Shown here piece after piece: positions 1-9,556 of a stretch of DNA of 64,000 nt. Position 1 is the first letter of the stretch, and the number at the start of each line of letters is the position of its first letter. Origin of the DNA: a virus; the IMG/VR virus record IMGVR_UViG_3300035189_000033, positions 22,539 through 86,538 of that record. The stretch is one strand, 5' to 3'. A program made the translations under genes and the position numbers. The notes beneath the pieces were generated by a model, which saw only the letters and a program-made list of their open reading frames with translations, was not told where the DNA came from and searched no databases.

Positions 1-1497
1 GCAACGTCGCTCGAAGACCTGCAATCACTGGCCCGCGACGCAGCGGCGGACCTCGAACACACCGCAGCGCAGCAAACCACCGCCCAGCTTGCGGCCGAAT
101 CGCTGGCGGCGCTGCGGGGCGACGCAGCGGCATCGCTCGAAGCCCTGGCCGGGCCGCAATCCACCGGCGCAAGCCCGCTGGAAACGCTGGCCGGACTGCG
201 CACCGACGCCAACGAACCGGCCGAAAACCTCGCTGCGGAAGCGACGAACGCAGCGATCGGGCAGGAAAACACCGGCACCGTTCGCGGTGACGAAGCGATC
301 CCGCTCGAATCGCTGGAGGGCTTGGCGCGCGACAGTCAGCCACCCCTTGAACACCTGATCGGCGCACAAAGCGACGCAGCGAGCCCAGACGAAGCCAACT
401 CTGCGCAGATATCGACCGGCGCGATCGCGGTTGAGCACCGCGCCAGCGAGCGGGCAGATGCGACCGCGCCGCTGGAAAACCTCGGATCGGTCGTCACCGA
501 TGCAACCAACCCGCTCGAAAGCAAGGCGGGACTGAGCAGCGACGGGGCCATCGCCGCGGAACAGAGCGCGGCGCAGCAGACCACCGGCGCGAGCCCGCTG
601 GAAAGCCTGAGCAACCAGCGCGCCGATGCCGCAGAACCGGCAGAAACACTCGCTGCAGAAGAAACCGATGCCGCCAGCCCGACAGAGTCCACCCAGGGGC
701 TTGCCACCGATCAGGCATCGCCGATCGAAACCCTGGCGGGCGAACAGACCGACACCGAAGCAACGTCGGAAAGCGGGCAGACCGTTGCGGCTGATACAAC
801 GACACCGGCCGAGACACTCACCGGGCTGCAAACCACCCAGGTCAATCCGCTGGAATGGACCGGCTCGGTGGTCGCGGTCAGCACCACGCAATCGATGCCG
901 ATCGAATGGACCGGCACGGTCGAGGCCGACGCAGCGACCGGCGCTGAATTTGTTGCATCGACGGCCGGGGGCGCGGCGCAACCACTGGAAAGCCTTGCCG
1001 CAACCGCAACCGACACCGCGCCATCGCTAGAGTCCTCGGCCGCAGTCACCAAAGACACCGCAAGCCCGGTGCAGCCCGCCACGACCACGCCGGCCTACGG
1101 CGGTGCGACCGATGACACGCTGGCGGAACCGCCGCCCGGCTACCGGCGGATGCTGGACACCAGCGGGATCAACCTGCGTGAACTGCAAGAACAACGACTT
1201 CAGCAGGCGCGCCGTGAAATCGGGCTGTTGCAGGGTGATGAGGTGCCGCTGCTGCCGGCGCCGATCGCAGCCGTGCCGCTGGCGGAGCGCATCGCGTTTG
1301 CCGAATTGCCGGTTATTCAGATCCCGGAACTGCTGCGCGACATGTACGCAGAAGAGATCGCCGCCGCGCTGCTGGCCGCGATCCGGGCGGATGATGCGGC
1401 GGAACTGGCGCGGATCGAGCAGGCGCGTGCGGCGCGGTTACTGCGGATCAATCGTGACGACGCCGACGTTCTGCTGTTGCTTTCGGCACTGATCTGA
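1..1497 (+). CDS. 14-residue repeat virion-associated protein (5' truncated)
   Basis: Frame is open from base 1 (ATSLEDLQSLARD...) through the 322..1497 ORF; repeated xPxExLxxxxxDxx units; sits before the scaffold gene. Confidence 0.75.
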   Translation, partial: ATSLEDLQSLARDAAADLEHTAAQQTTAQLAAESLAALRGDAAASLEALAGPQSTGASPLETLAGLRTDANEPAENLAAEATNAAIGQENTGTVRGDEAIPLESLEGLARDSQPPLEHLIGAQSDAASPDEANSAQISTGAIAVEHRASERADATAPLENLGSVVTDATNPLESKAGLSSDGAIAAEQSAAQQTTGASPLESLSNQRADAAEPAETLAAEETDAASPTESTQGLATDQASPIETLAGEQTDTEATSESGQTVAADTTTPAETLTGLQTTQVNPLEWTGSVVAVSTTQSMPIEWTGTVEADAATGAEFVASTAGGAAQPLESLAATATDTAPSLESSAAVTKDTASPVQPATTTPAYGGATDDTLAEPPPGYRRMLDTSGINLRELQEQRLQQARREIGLLQGDEVPLLPAPIAAVPLAERIAFAELPVIQIPELLRDMYAEEIAAALLAAIRADDAAELARIEQARAARLLRINRDDADVLLLLSALI

Positions 1498-1527
1498 TCG
1501 CAAAACCGATACGCTCGCGGCAACATA

Positions 1528-1555
1528 TTGACGACACACGATGATATCCCATAAG
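1528..1555 (+). promoter_or_regulatory. Putative sigma70-like promoter for head genes
   Basis: TTGACG-N16-CATAAG in an AT-richer intergenic gap before the scaffold gene. Confidence 0.45.
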
Positions 1556-1601
1556 AGTCGCTCCGCGAACCTACGACGCGACCCGATGGAGACCTGTTTC
1601 C

Positions 1602-2759
1602 GTGGCATCTACTGCCGTTTCGCGACCGCCTGACATCCTGATCCGCGCCGCGCCGGCGCTGTCGGCGACGGCGGACGGGCCGCTGGAACAGGCTCCACGG
1701 CCGCCCATTTCTGCGTCGAACCATGCGGACGACCAGGACGCGGGCATCCCGGCGGAGATGACGCTGGAAGAGAAAGCCGCCGCAGACGCCGCCAGAACCA
1801 CCCCGGCGCTAAGCGCCAACAACCCTAAGAAGCAAAGCGACTGGCCTGAACCGGGATCGGAGCCAGGACGCGAACCGGCCGCGAAGCCTGGAGACAAGCC
1901 CGCAGCGGAATCGCAAAACGCGACGGAAGACGACGACGTCGATGTGTCGGACCTGCCGCCCGAAACGCAGGCTTTCGCGGTGCGCGAAATTTCCAACGCG
2001 CGCAAGGCCGCACGCGCAAAGGTCAGGGAAGCCACCGCTGCGGCGGACGCTGCCAGGGCTGCCGCCGAAGCCGCACAGGCCGAACTCGCCGAGATGCGCG
2101 CCAAGATTGCTGACGCCAGGCCGGCCGAACCGCCGAAGCTGGATCCGCGTCCGACGCGAGACGGTTTTGACGATCCCGACAGCTACGACAGCGCGCTGAC
2201 CGACTGGGCCGAGCGCGAGGGTGCGCGCAAGGCGGAGGCGAAGATCGCCGCAGAGGCCGCCGCCGCCCGCGCGGCCCAGGAAACCGCCGCACAGGCCGCA
2301 CAGGCTGCCGCCGCCGAAGCGCAACGTGAGGCGCTGAACGCGGACTGGACCGCCAAAGTCGCCGCTGCCTCCGCCAAATATCCCGATTATATCGCCGTCG
2401 CCGAGGGCAATCATCCGGTCTCCATGCCGATGGCCGAAGCGATCATGCGAGCCGATAACGGCGCGGACATCGCCTATTACCTCGGCAAGAACCCCGAAGA
2501 GTCGGCGCGGATCGCCGCGTTGCCCTACTTCGCGAGTCAGATCACCGAGATCGGCAAAATCTCCGCCCAGCTTGCCGCCCCACAAAGCCGCCGGACGCGA
2601 TCGCGCCCGATCGAACCGGTCGAGAGCGGCGCCGCGCCAGCCGACATCGGCACGCGCGAGCCGTCGATGGACGAATGGGGTGCCAAGCGGACGAAAGAAA
2701 TTCTCTCTGCCCGACGGCCGTTCTTCCAGGTGGCAGAGCAGATCGCTAACCGGCACTGA
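1602..2759 (+). CDS. Scaffolding protein
   Basis: Ala/Glu-rich coiled coil, PTRDGFDDPDSYDSAL and IAYYLGKNPEE motifs, directly upstream of the coat gene; GGAG SD. Confidence 0.85.
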   Translation: MASTAVSRPPDILIRAAPALSATADGPLEQAPRPPISASNHADDQDAGIPAEMTLEEKAAADAARTTPALSANNPKKQSDWPEPGSEPGREPAAKPGDKPAAESQNATEDDDVDVSDLPPETQAFAVREISNARKAARAKVREATAAADAARAAAEAAQAELAEMRAKIADARPAEPPKLDPRPTRDGFDDPDSYDSALTDWAEREGARKAEAKIAAEAAAARAAQETAAQAAQAAAAEAQREALNADWTAKVAAASAKYPDYIAVAEGNHPVSMPMAEAIMRADNGADIAYYLGKNPEESARIAALPYFASQITEIGKISAQLAAPQSRRTRSRPIEPVESGAAPADIGTREPSMDEWGAKRTKEILSARRPFFQVAEQIANRH

Positions 2760-2770
2760 CGCCGTGAGGG

Positions 2771-2903
2771 CCGAACCGGACGGCATATTCCGGGTGGCTG
2801 AAGCCTAAAACCCGAACCGGACGGGATATTCCGGGTGGCTGACGCCTGAAAACGCCACCGGCGCGACGAAGCCGGGACCGCCACCGGGGCATATCCCGGG
2901 TCG
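2771..2903 (+). repeat. Tandem 41-42 bp structured repeats in capsid leader
   Basis: ccgaaccggacggcatattccgggtggctgaagcctaaaac (2771-2811), near-identical copy at 2812-2853, partial third copy at 2881-2903. Confidence 0.9.
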
Positions 2904-2969
2904 AGGAACCATCACTCATGCAAACAACCAGATAGCCGCTCCGCGTGCGGGGCGCGCAGGAGTTTAACC

Positions 2970-4154
2970 GTGGCCTCGAACGCCCTTCTCACGCCTGCCC
3001 TGATCTCCAAGGAAACTCTGGTGATCCTGGAAAACAATCTGGTTGCGGCTGGCAAGGTGAACCGCCAGTTCGAAAATCAGTTCGTCAAAATCGGCACCAC
3101 GCTCACCATACGCAAGCCGAACCGGTTCAAGATCAGCCTCGGACCCGCGCTCCAGATCCAGGACATCAGCGAGCCCTCGACCTCGATCGCCATCTCGACC
3201 CAGGCGCACGTCGATTTCCAGTTCTCCAGCCAGGAACTGACGCTGACGATCGAGGAATACAGCGAGCGCTACTGCAAGCCGGCAGCCGTCACCATCGCCA
3301 ACACGATCGACGTGTCCGTTCTGGCGAACTTCACCTCGGTCTACAACGAAGTCGGCACGCCCGGCACCTTGCCGGCGAACTTCCCCGCACTCGCCGCCGT
3401 CGGCCAGCGGCTCGATGAATCCGCCGCTCCGCAGGACGGGCGCGTGCTGATCCTCAACCCCGCCGCGTACTGGTCACTGGCGAGCGGGCTGTCGAACCTG
3501 TTCACCCGTTCGGTTGCCGAACCGGCGCTAAAAGGCTTCCTGGCCGCGATCGCCAACTTCGAAATCTACGAAGACCAGAACGTCCAGTCGCAGACCGTCG
3601 GCGCACAGGGCGGCACACCGACCGTCAACGGCGCCGGCCAGACCGGGGCATCGCTGATCACCCAGGGATGGTCGAACAACATCACCGGTCTGCTGAACGT
3701 CGGTGATGTGTTCACCATCGCCGGCGTCTACGCGATCAATCCGCAAAGCCGTCAGTCCACCGGCACGCTGATGAACTTCGTCGTCACCACGGCGGCCAAT
3801 TCATCGGGCGGCGGTGCGGCGACGCTGGCCATCGCGCCGGCGATCACCACCACCGGCGCCTATCAGAACGTCTCGGCTGCACCGGCCAACAACGCCGCGA
3901 TCACCGTGTTCGGCACAGGTGGATCGACGTATTTCCAGAACATCGGATTTACCCGCGATGCGTTCGGTCTGGTGAGCGTGCCGATGGAGCTGCCGGGCGG
4001 TGTCGACTTCGCGGCGCGCGAGATGTGGAAAAACATCTCGATGCGGATCGTTCGGGCGTTCGACATTTTCAACGACGTCACCCCGTGCAGAATCGACGTC
4101 CTGTTCGGAACTTCCTGTTTTTACCCTGAGTTGGCTTGCAGGCTGACCAACTGA
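2970..4154 (+). CDS. Major capsid protein, P22 coat (gp5) family
   Basis: MASNALLTP...LENNLV, KIGTTLTIRKP, GDVFTIAGVYAINPQ, RIDVLFG...YPELACR; AGGAG SD at 2958-2962. Confidence 0.95.
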   Translation: MASNALLTPALISKETLVILENNLVAAGKVNRQFENQFVKIGTTLTIRKPNRFKISLGPALQIQDISEPSTSIAISTQAHVDFQFSSQELTLTIEEYSERYCKPAAVTIANTIDVSVLANFTSVYNEVGTPGTLPANFPALAAVGQRLDESAAPQDGRVLILNPAAYWSLASGLSNLFTRSVAEPALKGFLAAIANFEIYEDQNVQSQTVGAQGGTPTVNGAGQTGASLITQGWSNNITGLLNVGDVFTIAGVYAINPQSRQSTGTLMNFVVTTAANSSGGGAATLAIAPAITTTGAYQNVSAAPANNAAITVFGTGGSTYFQNIGFTRDAFGLVSVPMELPGGVDFAAREMWKNISMRIVRAFDIFNDVTPCRIDVLFGTSCFYPELACRLTN

Positions 4155-4157
4155 GCC

Positions 4158-4466
4158 ATGACCAGCCGCCAGATACGCCGCCTGCGCCGCCAGTTCGCCG
4201 AACAGGTGGACCGCGAACGCAACGGCGCGCCAATTCCGGGCGATATCCTCGAACGGATGACCAAGCCGAAGTCGCCGGATGTGTTGTTTCAGGTGGTGGT
4301 GACGGTGCGCGAGAACCGCGCGCTGTTGCCGGTTGGTCCGGCGATGAACCGCGACGCCTGCGGCTTGATGGCGGAAGCGGTCAACAAGCAGATTGCGCTA
4401 GGCCGCGAACGCACCTGGATGAATGCCGCCGTCGTTCCCCTTACCCCGATAACAGGAGTACACTGA
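4158..4466 (+). CDS. Hypothetical head-module protein
   Basis: Tightly packed in operon, plausible codon use. Confidence 0.7.
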   Translation: MTSRQIRRLRRQFAEQVDRERNGAPIPGDILERMTKPKSPDVLFQVVVTVRENRALLPVGPAMNRDACGLMAEAVNKQIALGRERTWMNAAVVPLTPITGVH

Positions 4467-4469
4467 GCC

Positions 4470-4778
4470 ATGTCCGGTTCAAACAACGAACCCGTCACCG
4501 TGGGCACCGTCACCACCACGACCAACGCGCGGAACCTGTCGGACGGCAACCCGGTCGGCACCGTGTTCGGCCTGAGCCCGACCGATCTGATCAGCCATTA
4601 CGGGGCGGCAGCGGTGCCGCAGTTCAGCCAGCCGGGTGCGCCCAACACCACGACCGGGGCGGCGGGCAGCGTGACGGCGGCGTTCACCAACACCACCTTC
4701 ACCGGCGGCATCGGCACCTCCGCCTACAGCATCGGCGACATCGTGACGGCGCTGAAGCGATACGGGCTGCTGGCGTAA
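4470..4778 (+). CDS. Putative capsid decoration/cement protein
   Basis: G/T-rich small protein ending IGDIVTALKRYGLLA, after the coat gene; AGGAG SD. Confidence 0.6.
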   Translation: MSGSNNEPVTVGTVTTTTNARNLSDGNPVGTVFGLSPTDLISHYGAAAVPQFSQPGAPNTTTGAAGSVTAAFTNTTFTGGIGTSAYSIGDIVTALKRYGLLA

Positions 4779-4874
4779 CCCGGCCGAAACGCGAGGGGAG
4801 CCTGGCGGGTGTGCCTACCAAGCGCCCGCCGGTTGCGGTAATCGTGTCTGGATTGACACGGGGACGAGGCGGCA

Positions 4875-5249
4875 ATGGGCACGGTCGAGATGGTGGCGCG
4901 GGCGATGTGCTTCTCGGAAGGCGAAGACCCGGACACGCCGCTGGTGCCGTGGCATGTGCCGATCATTGGCCCGCGCGGCTATTGCGTGGCACCGCCAAAC
5001 GAACAGGTGATTGCGGCGTGGATGGTCTACGCGCGTCAGGCACGCGCCGCCATCGAAGCGATGCACGAACCGTCCGGGGCGATGATCGAGGCCGGCATGA
5101 GAGCGATTCTGCTGCGGAACACGGGGGAGTCCGGCGAGGTGGTGCGTGAGGTCTGGCGCGCGATGACCGCTGCCATGATGGAACAGCCAACCAAGCCGGG
5201 CGAGGCGCCGGACCGGGGCTTCGGCATACGAGAAAAGGCTGCGGGATGA
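4875..5249 (+). CDS. Hypothetical phage protein
   Basis: GAGG SD; ARAAIEAMHEPSGAMIEAG...VWRAM motif common in phage ORFs. Confidence 0.7.
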   Translation: MGTVEMVARAMCFSEGEDPDTPLVPWHVPIIGPRGYCVAPPNEQVIAAWMVYARQARAAIEAMHEPSGAMIEAGMRAILLRNTGESGEVVREVWRAMTAAMMEQPTKPGEAPDRGFGIREKAAG

Positions 5250-5493
5250 AGAAACCACCACCCAAGAAACCGTTGGCCGCGGCAAAACCGCCGAGTATTC
5301 CGATAAACCAACGATACGACGCGCAAGCGGCATTGCCCCGCATTCGGGCGGGCTTGGCTCGCCGCAACCGAATGCGTAGAACACACTCAAACGTGCGCAT
5401 GAGATCAAGCAAGATCCGAAACTAATGCACCACGTACGCTTGCACGCCAAGCAAGAAAGAGCGGCGTTAACCAAGGTCATCGGGAGAAAGTAA
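5246..5493 (+). pseudogene. Small phage gene interrupted by a 44-nt hairpin (frame-disrupted)
   Basis: ATGA-coupled start at 5246 and TAATG-coupled stop at 5491-5493 lie in different frames; removing 5336-5379 gives a 67-aa ORF MKKPPPKK...RYDAQAALNTLKRAHEIKQDPKLM...VIGRK. Confidence 0.6.
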
Positions 5494-6431
5494 TGGCGAT
5501 CCTACAGCAGCACGCAGACGCAATTGTTCGAGGCGCACCGCCGGAACGGGTGCACCAGAAATACCCGCGGCACATGACGCATCCGGCCTATACGCCGGGC
5601 TCGATCGGCACTGAGGTCAAGTCGCCGGGCGGCTTCACCTATCATGTCGGCGGCACACCGATCCGCTACGCGCCGGTGCTCGTTATGGATGAGGGCCAGG
5701 AAGAATACTACAAGTCACAGGGGTATGTGACCCAGGGCGAATCTGATCCGGCCGCGTTCGCCGCTGCCGTCGCCACGATGCGCCCGGCGGGCGAGGAATA
5801 CGAACCGCAGGAATATCCGAAATGGGTCGGCGGCAAGCTGGTGCAGAACGCCGAAGAGGAGGCGCGGGCGGCGCGTGAGCGGCGGGTGCAGTTGGGCATC
5901 GAAGAACCGGCTGAGAAACCGGGCGACGATCCGACGCCAAAGGAGCCACCTCCGCAAGAGTCCACACCACCAGCGCCCGAAAAGACGACCCCGCCGGACG
6001 AGCCCGAGCCGCAGCCAGCCGCCGCGCAGTCTGCGGTCACTGAGCGCATTGCCGCGCTGGAGGGATCGCTGTCGGAGATCAAGCTGATGCTACGCGCTCT
6101 GACACGGTCGGCGGCAGAAGCCGACCAGCCGGTGCAGGTGCTGGCGGCTCAGGGCCCGGGGCCGCAATCCGCGCCGGTTGCGCCGCCTTGGGACGAACCC
6201 GCCGGTGCCAATGAACCGACCGACGTGACGGCGGAAAAACCCCCCGAAATAGCGGAAAAACCCCCCGAAAAGACTGCAAAACCCGAGAAAAATGCGGTCG
6301 CAGCACATGACAAACCCATCAAACAGCGCAAGGCCCGCCCGCCCTCAAAGCGCAAGATGGAGGAGCAGCACCGCGCGCAGGACGCCGCCCGCCGGGTCGC
6401 CGCGGTCATGCACCCCTCGCACGCGCACTGA
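5493..6431 (+). CDS. Hypothetical head-module protein (YPK/YPR motifs, Pro-rich tail)
   Basis: KYPRHM and EYPKWV repeats; coupled start. Confidence 0.75.
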   Translation: MAILQQHADAIVRGAPPERVHQKYPRHMTHPAYTPGSIGTEVKSPGGFTYHVGGTPIRYAPVLVMDEGQEEYYKSQGYVTQGESDPAAFAAAVATMRPAGEEYEPQEYPKWVGGKLVQNAEEEARAARERRVQLGIEEPAEKPGDDPTPKEPPPQESTPPAPEKTTPPDEPEPQPAAAQSAVTERIAALEGSLSEIKLMLRALTRSAAEADQPVQVLAAQGPGPQSAPVAPPWDEPAGANEPTDVTAEKPPEIAEKPPEKTAKPEKNAVAAHDKPIKQRKARPPSKRKMEEQHRAQDAARRVAAVMHPSHAH

Positions 6432-6449
6432 TCGGCGGTCTAAGCAACG

Positions 6450-7175
6450 ATGACCACCGCGCTTGATCTGATCCAGGACAGCCTCGAAATGCTCGGCGTC
6501 TACGGCCCGGGCGATACCATCAGTGCGGCCGACCTCGACCGCTCATTGACCGCACTGAACGACATGATCGACTCGTGGTCCAACGAGTCGATGACGTGCT
6601 TTGCGTGGCAGCAACTGAGCTTCGCGCTGCAACCCAACATCACGCAATACACCTGCGGCACCGGCGGCTCGATCAGCACGATCCGCCCGCTGCGGGTGTC
6701 CGACGCCGCAGGGTCCGCCTACCTGCTCGATGCGGACAACAACAAATACCCGATGGACGTGCTGGGTCAGCTCGCGTTCAATCTGCGCACCACGGCGGCA
6801 GTGAGTTCCAATCTGCCGGACACGCTGTTCTACGATCCGCAGTTTCCGCTTGGGATCGTCAACATCTGGCCGACGCCCTGCCAGGTTTATCAGTGCTATT
6901 TCTACTCGTACCTGCAACTCGGCGACTTTCCGACGCCCGAAACCAACGTGTTGCTGCCGCCCGGCTACAATCTGGCGATCAAGACCAATCTGGCGATCGC
7001 ACTCAAGCCCTATTTCACCGCCGCCCAGCTTGATCCCATCGTGGTCAGCCGCGCGGCGGAATCGAAGGGCAACGTCAAGCGCAACAACAACCGCACGCAG
7101 CGGTCGGTGTTCGATCCGGAAATCATCGCCCGCGGGCAATCGACCTATAACATCAGAAGTGACCGGAACTACTAG
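6450..7175 (+). CDS. Head-tail adaptor (P22 gp4-like)
   Basis: TALDLIQDSLEMLGV...ALNDMIDSW...LPPGYNLAIKTNLAIAL; canonical position. Confidence 0.85.
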   Translation: MTTALDLIQDSLEMLGVYGPGDTISAADLDRSLTALNDMIDSWSNESMTCFAWQQLSFALQPNITQYTCGTGGSISTIRPLRVSDAAGSAYLLDADNNKYPMDVLGQLAFNLRTTAAVSSNLPDTLFYDPQFPLGIVNIWPTPCQVYQCYFYSYLQLGDFPTPETNVLLPPGYNLAIKTNLAIALKPYFTAAQLDPIVVSRAAESKGNVKRNNNRTQRSVFDPEIIARGQSTYNIRSDRNY

Positions 7176-7193
7176 CGTTTTGAATGGGTTAAC

Positions 7194-9527
7194 GTGGCGC
7201 AATCCCCGATCCTCGGCGGCTTCTCCAGGTCGCGCTCAACTTCGGCCAGCGATAACGAGGCCTACAACCTGTATCTGGAAGTGATTGAAACCAAGGACGG
7301 CAAGGTTCCCGGCGCGCTGTATCTGACCGCCGGGCTCGACCTGATCGGCACCCTCGGGCCCGGCCCGGTCCGCGGCGTGAAACGCCTCAAGGACGTGCTC
7401 TACGTGGTGTCCGGCAACGAGGTCTACAGCCTGACACCGAACGGCACCGCCACTCTGCTAGGGCAGGTGGTGATCGGCAGCGCCCCCGTTTCGATGTTCG
7501 AGAACGGCCAGCAGATCATGATCGTCGATGGCGTCGGCGGCTGGCTCGCACCCGGCGGCTATCCGGTCACCGGCGGCACTATCACCGGCCAGACGACCAA
7601 TCCCTCGACCGGTGCGAAGGTGACCCTGACCGGCCTCGCCGGCGGGCTCTATGCGGTGGATGACACGATCACCCTGCAATCGGCAAGCGGCACACAGACC
7701 AGCTATCCAATCCTCACCGTGACCGCGGTCGCCAACAATCCGGTCACCGTCTACACGCTGGTCAATCCCGGCACGACATACGCCAGCACGGCCAGCGCCA
7801 GCACCACCGGCATTAACGGCCAGGTCGGCGCCGGTAGCGGCCTGACCCTCAATGTCACCGCAGCCGACGGGGTTGTGACGGCGGCCACGGCCGCCGCAGG
7901 CGGCGCCGGCTATGCCGTGGGTGACACCGGGCTGATCAATGTCTACTCGGAGGATGCCGTCTACCAGGTGACCGCCGAAAGCGGCGGCGCCGTCAGCGCC
8001 GTGCAGATCATCTACGGCGGGACCGAGTACGGCACCGCCAGCGCCCAGGCGACCAAGGCCGCCCCCGGCGTGCCGGCCAGCGTCGGCACCGGCCTGACGT
8101 TCGCTATCACCGCCAGTTCGGGGCCGATCACCGCCTCATCGATCGTCAGCGGCGGCAAGAACTACGTCATCGGCAATGTGGGCAAGATCAACGGCGGATC
8201 CGCCGATGCGATCTACCGGGTGAGCGCGGTGGGCGCGACCGGCATGGTGACCGGCTTCACCGTCACCCAAGGCGGCACGGTCAACGACAAGGCCGCCACC
8301 TTCACACAGAAATCGACCTCGGGATCGGGTGCGGGCCTGACCCTGACAGCCCCGACTTATGGCGCGTGGCTGGGCCTCGTGCCGGTCATGCTGCCGTTCG
8401 CCAACCCCCTTGTGGGGGGCATCTCGGACGGCTTCGGCGTGCTGGTGTTCCAGGGCACGCAGTATCTGGCCTCGTCCGACGAACTGGACCTCTCGACCTG
8501 GGAAGCGCTGGCCTACGGGGTGTCTGACTCATCGCCCGATCAGTGCATGTCGCTCGCGGTGATCCATGACGAAATCTACCTGATCAAAGAAAAGCATACG
8601 GAGATCTGGATCGATGCGGGCCTCGTGCCGTTCCCCTTCCAACTGGTCACGTCGGCGCGGATGGAGTCTGGCACCATCGCGCCGTTCTCTGCGGCGGCTC
8701 TCGGCGAACATCTCTTTTTCCTGTCGCGCAATGACCAGGGCCAGGGCATCGTGGTGCGCGCGCAAGGCTACAATCTGGTGCCGGTTTCGACGCAGGCGCT
8801 GATTGCTGAATTTGACACCTATCCGAACCTCGGCGATGCCATCGGCTACGGCCGCCAGCAGGGCGGGCATCAGTTCTATGTGCTGACCTTCCCCGAGGCG
8901 AACAAGACCTGGGTGCATGACCTGACCGCGAGCGAGATGGCCGGGTTTCCGCTGTGGCACCGGATCGCCGCCTGGACCGACGGGGCATGGAACCGCCACG
9001 CGGGCAACTGCTTCACGCCCTGGCAGGGCGCGGTCACGCGGGTCAACACCACGACCGCCTATCAGGCGCAGTCGGTCAAACTGACCACCGAGACGCTGGC
9101 CACGGCATCGGGGCTGGTGGGGCTGCCGACAGCGTTCTTCAGCGCGGTGTTCTCGGTCTGGCTCAATCTGCCCGACACCGGCGCGGCCGGTGTGGTGTTC
9201 TCCAATCAGGGCGGATCGGCAACACCCGGCTTGTCCCTCACCATCAAGAACGACGCCGCCGGATCGCCGCAGATCACGGTCGAGGCGTGGGACTCTGCTG
9301 CCGCGCCGATCGTCGCGGCAACGTATGATTTCACCAATTGGGTCGCCTGGGTGAACATCCTGATCTCGATCGACACCGCCACGCAGCAGTTGCAGGTCTA
9401 CGCCAACACGCTGGTTGCCAACGTGCTGACCGAAACGCTGCTGACGGCGGCCTCGATCACGTGGTCATCCTCGCACGCGATTGCGCCAGCGGCCACGCAA
9501 CCGTGGTCACTGGTGGCGGTGGCATGA
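7194..9527 (+). CDS. Tail hub (P22 gp10-like), N-terminal part with inserted domains
   Basis: NLYLE...GPVRG...LYVVSGNEVY, QQGGHQFYVLTFPEANKTWVHD...WHR...RHAGNC; lacks the gp10 C-terminus. Confidence 0.85.
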   Translation: MAQSPILGGFSRSRSTSASDNEAYNLYLEVIETKDGKVPGALYLTAGLDLIGTLGPGPVRGVKRLKDVLYVVSGNEVYSLTPNGTATLLGQVVIGSAPVSMFENGQQIMIVDGVGGWLAPGGYPVTGGTITGQTTNPSTGAKVTLTGLAGGLYAVDDTITLQSASGTQTSYPILTVTAVANNPVTVYTLVNPGTTYASTASASTTGINGQVGAGSGLTLNVTAADGVVTAATAAAGGAGYAVGDTGLINVYSEDAVYQVTAESGGAVSAVQIIYGGTEYGTASAQATKAAPGVPASVGTGLTFAITASSGPITASSIVSGGKNYVIGNVGKINGGSADAIYRVSAVGATGMVTGFTVTQGGTVNDKAATFTQKSTSGSGAGLTLTAPTYGAWLGLVPVMLPFANPLVGGISDGFGVLVFQGTQYLASSDELDLSTWEALAYGVSDSSPDQCMSLAVIHDEIYLIKEKHTEIWIDAGLVPFPFQLVTSARMESGTIAPFSAAALGEHLFFLSRNDQGQGIVVRAQGYNLVPVSTQALIAEFDTYPNLGDAIGYGRQQGGHQFYVLTFPEANKTWVHDLTASEMAGFPLWHRIAAWTDGAWNRHAGNCFTPWQGAVTRVNTTTAYQAQSVKLTTETLATASGLVGLPTAFFSAVFSVWLNLPDTGAAGVVFSNQGGSATPGLSLTIKNDAAGSPQITVEAWDSAAAPIVAATYDFTNWVAWVNILISIDTATQQLQVYANTLVANVLTETLLTAASITWSSSHAIAPAATQPWSLVAVA

Positions 9528-9556
9528 CCACACGTAGTGGGAATAGGTATTAAACC

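Noticed and set aside
2771-2903. CRISPR mini-array
   Set aside because: Repeats abut without unique spacers, and no cas genes are present
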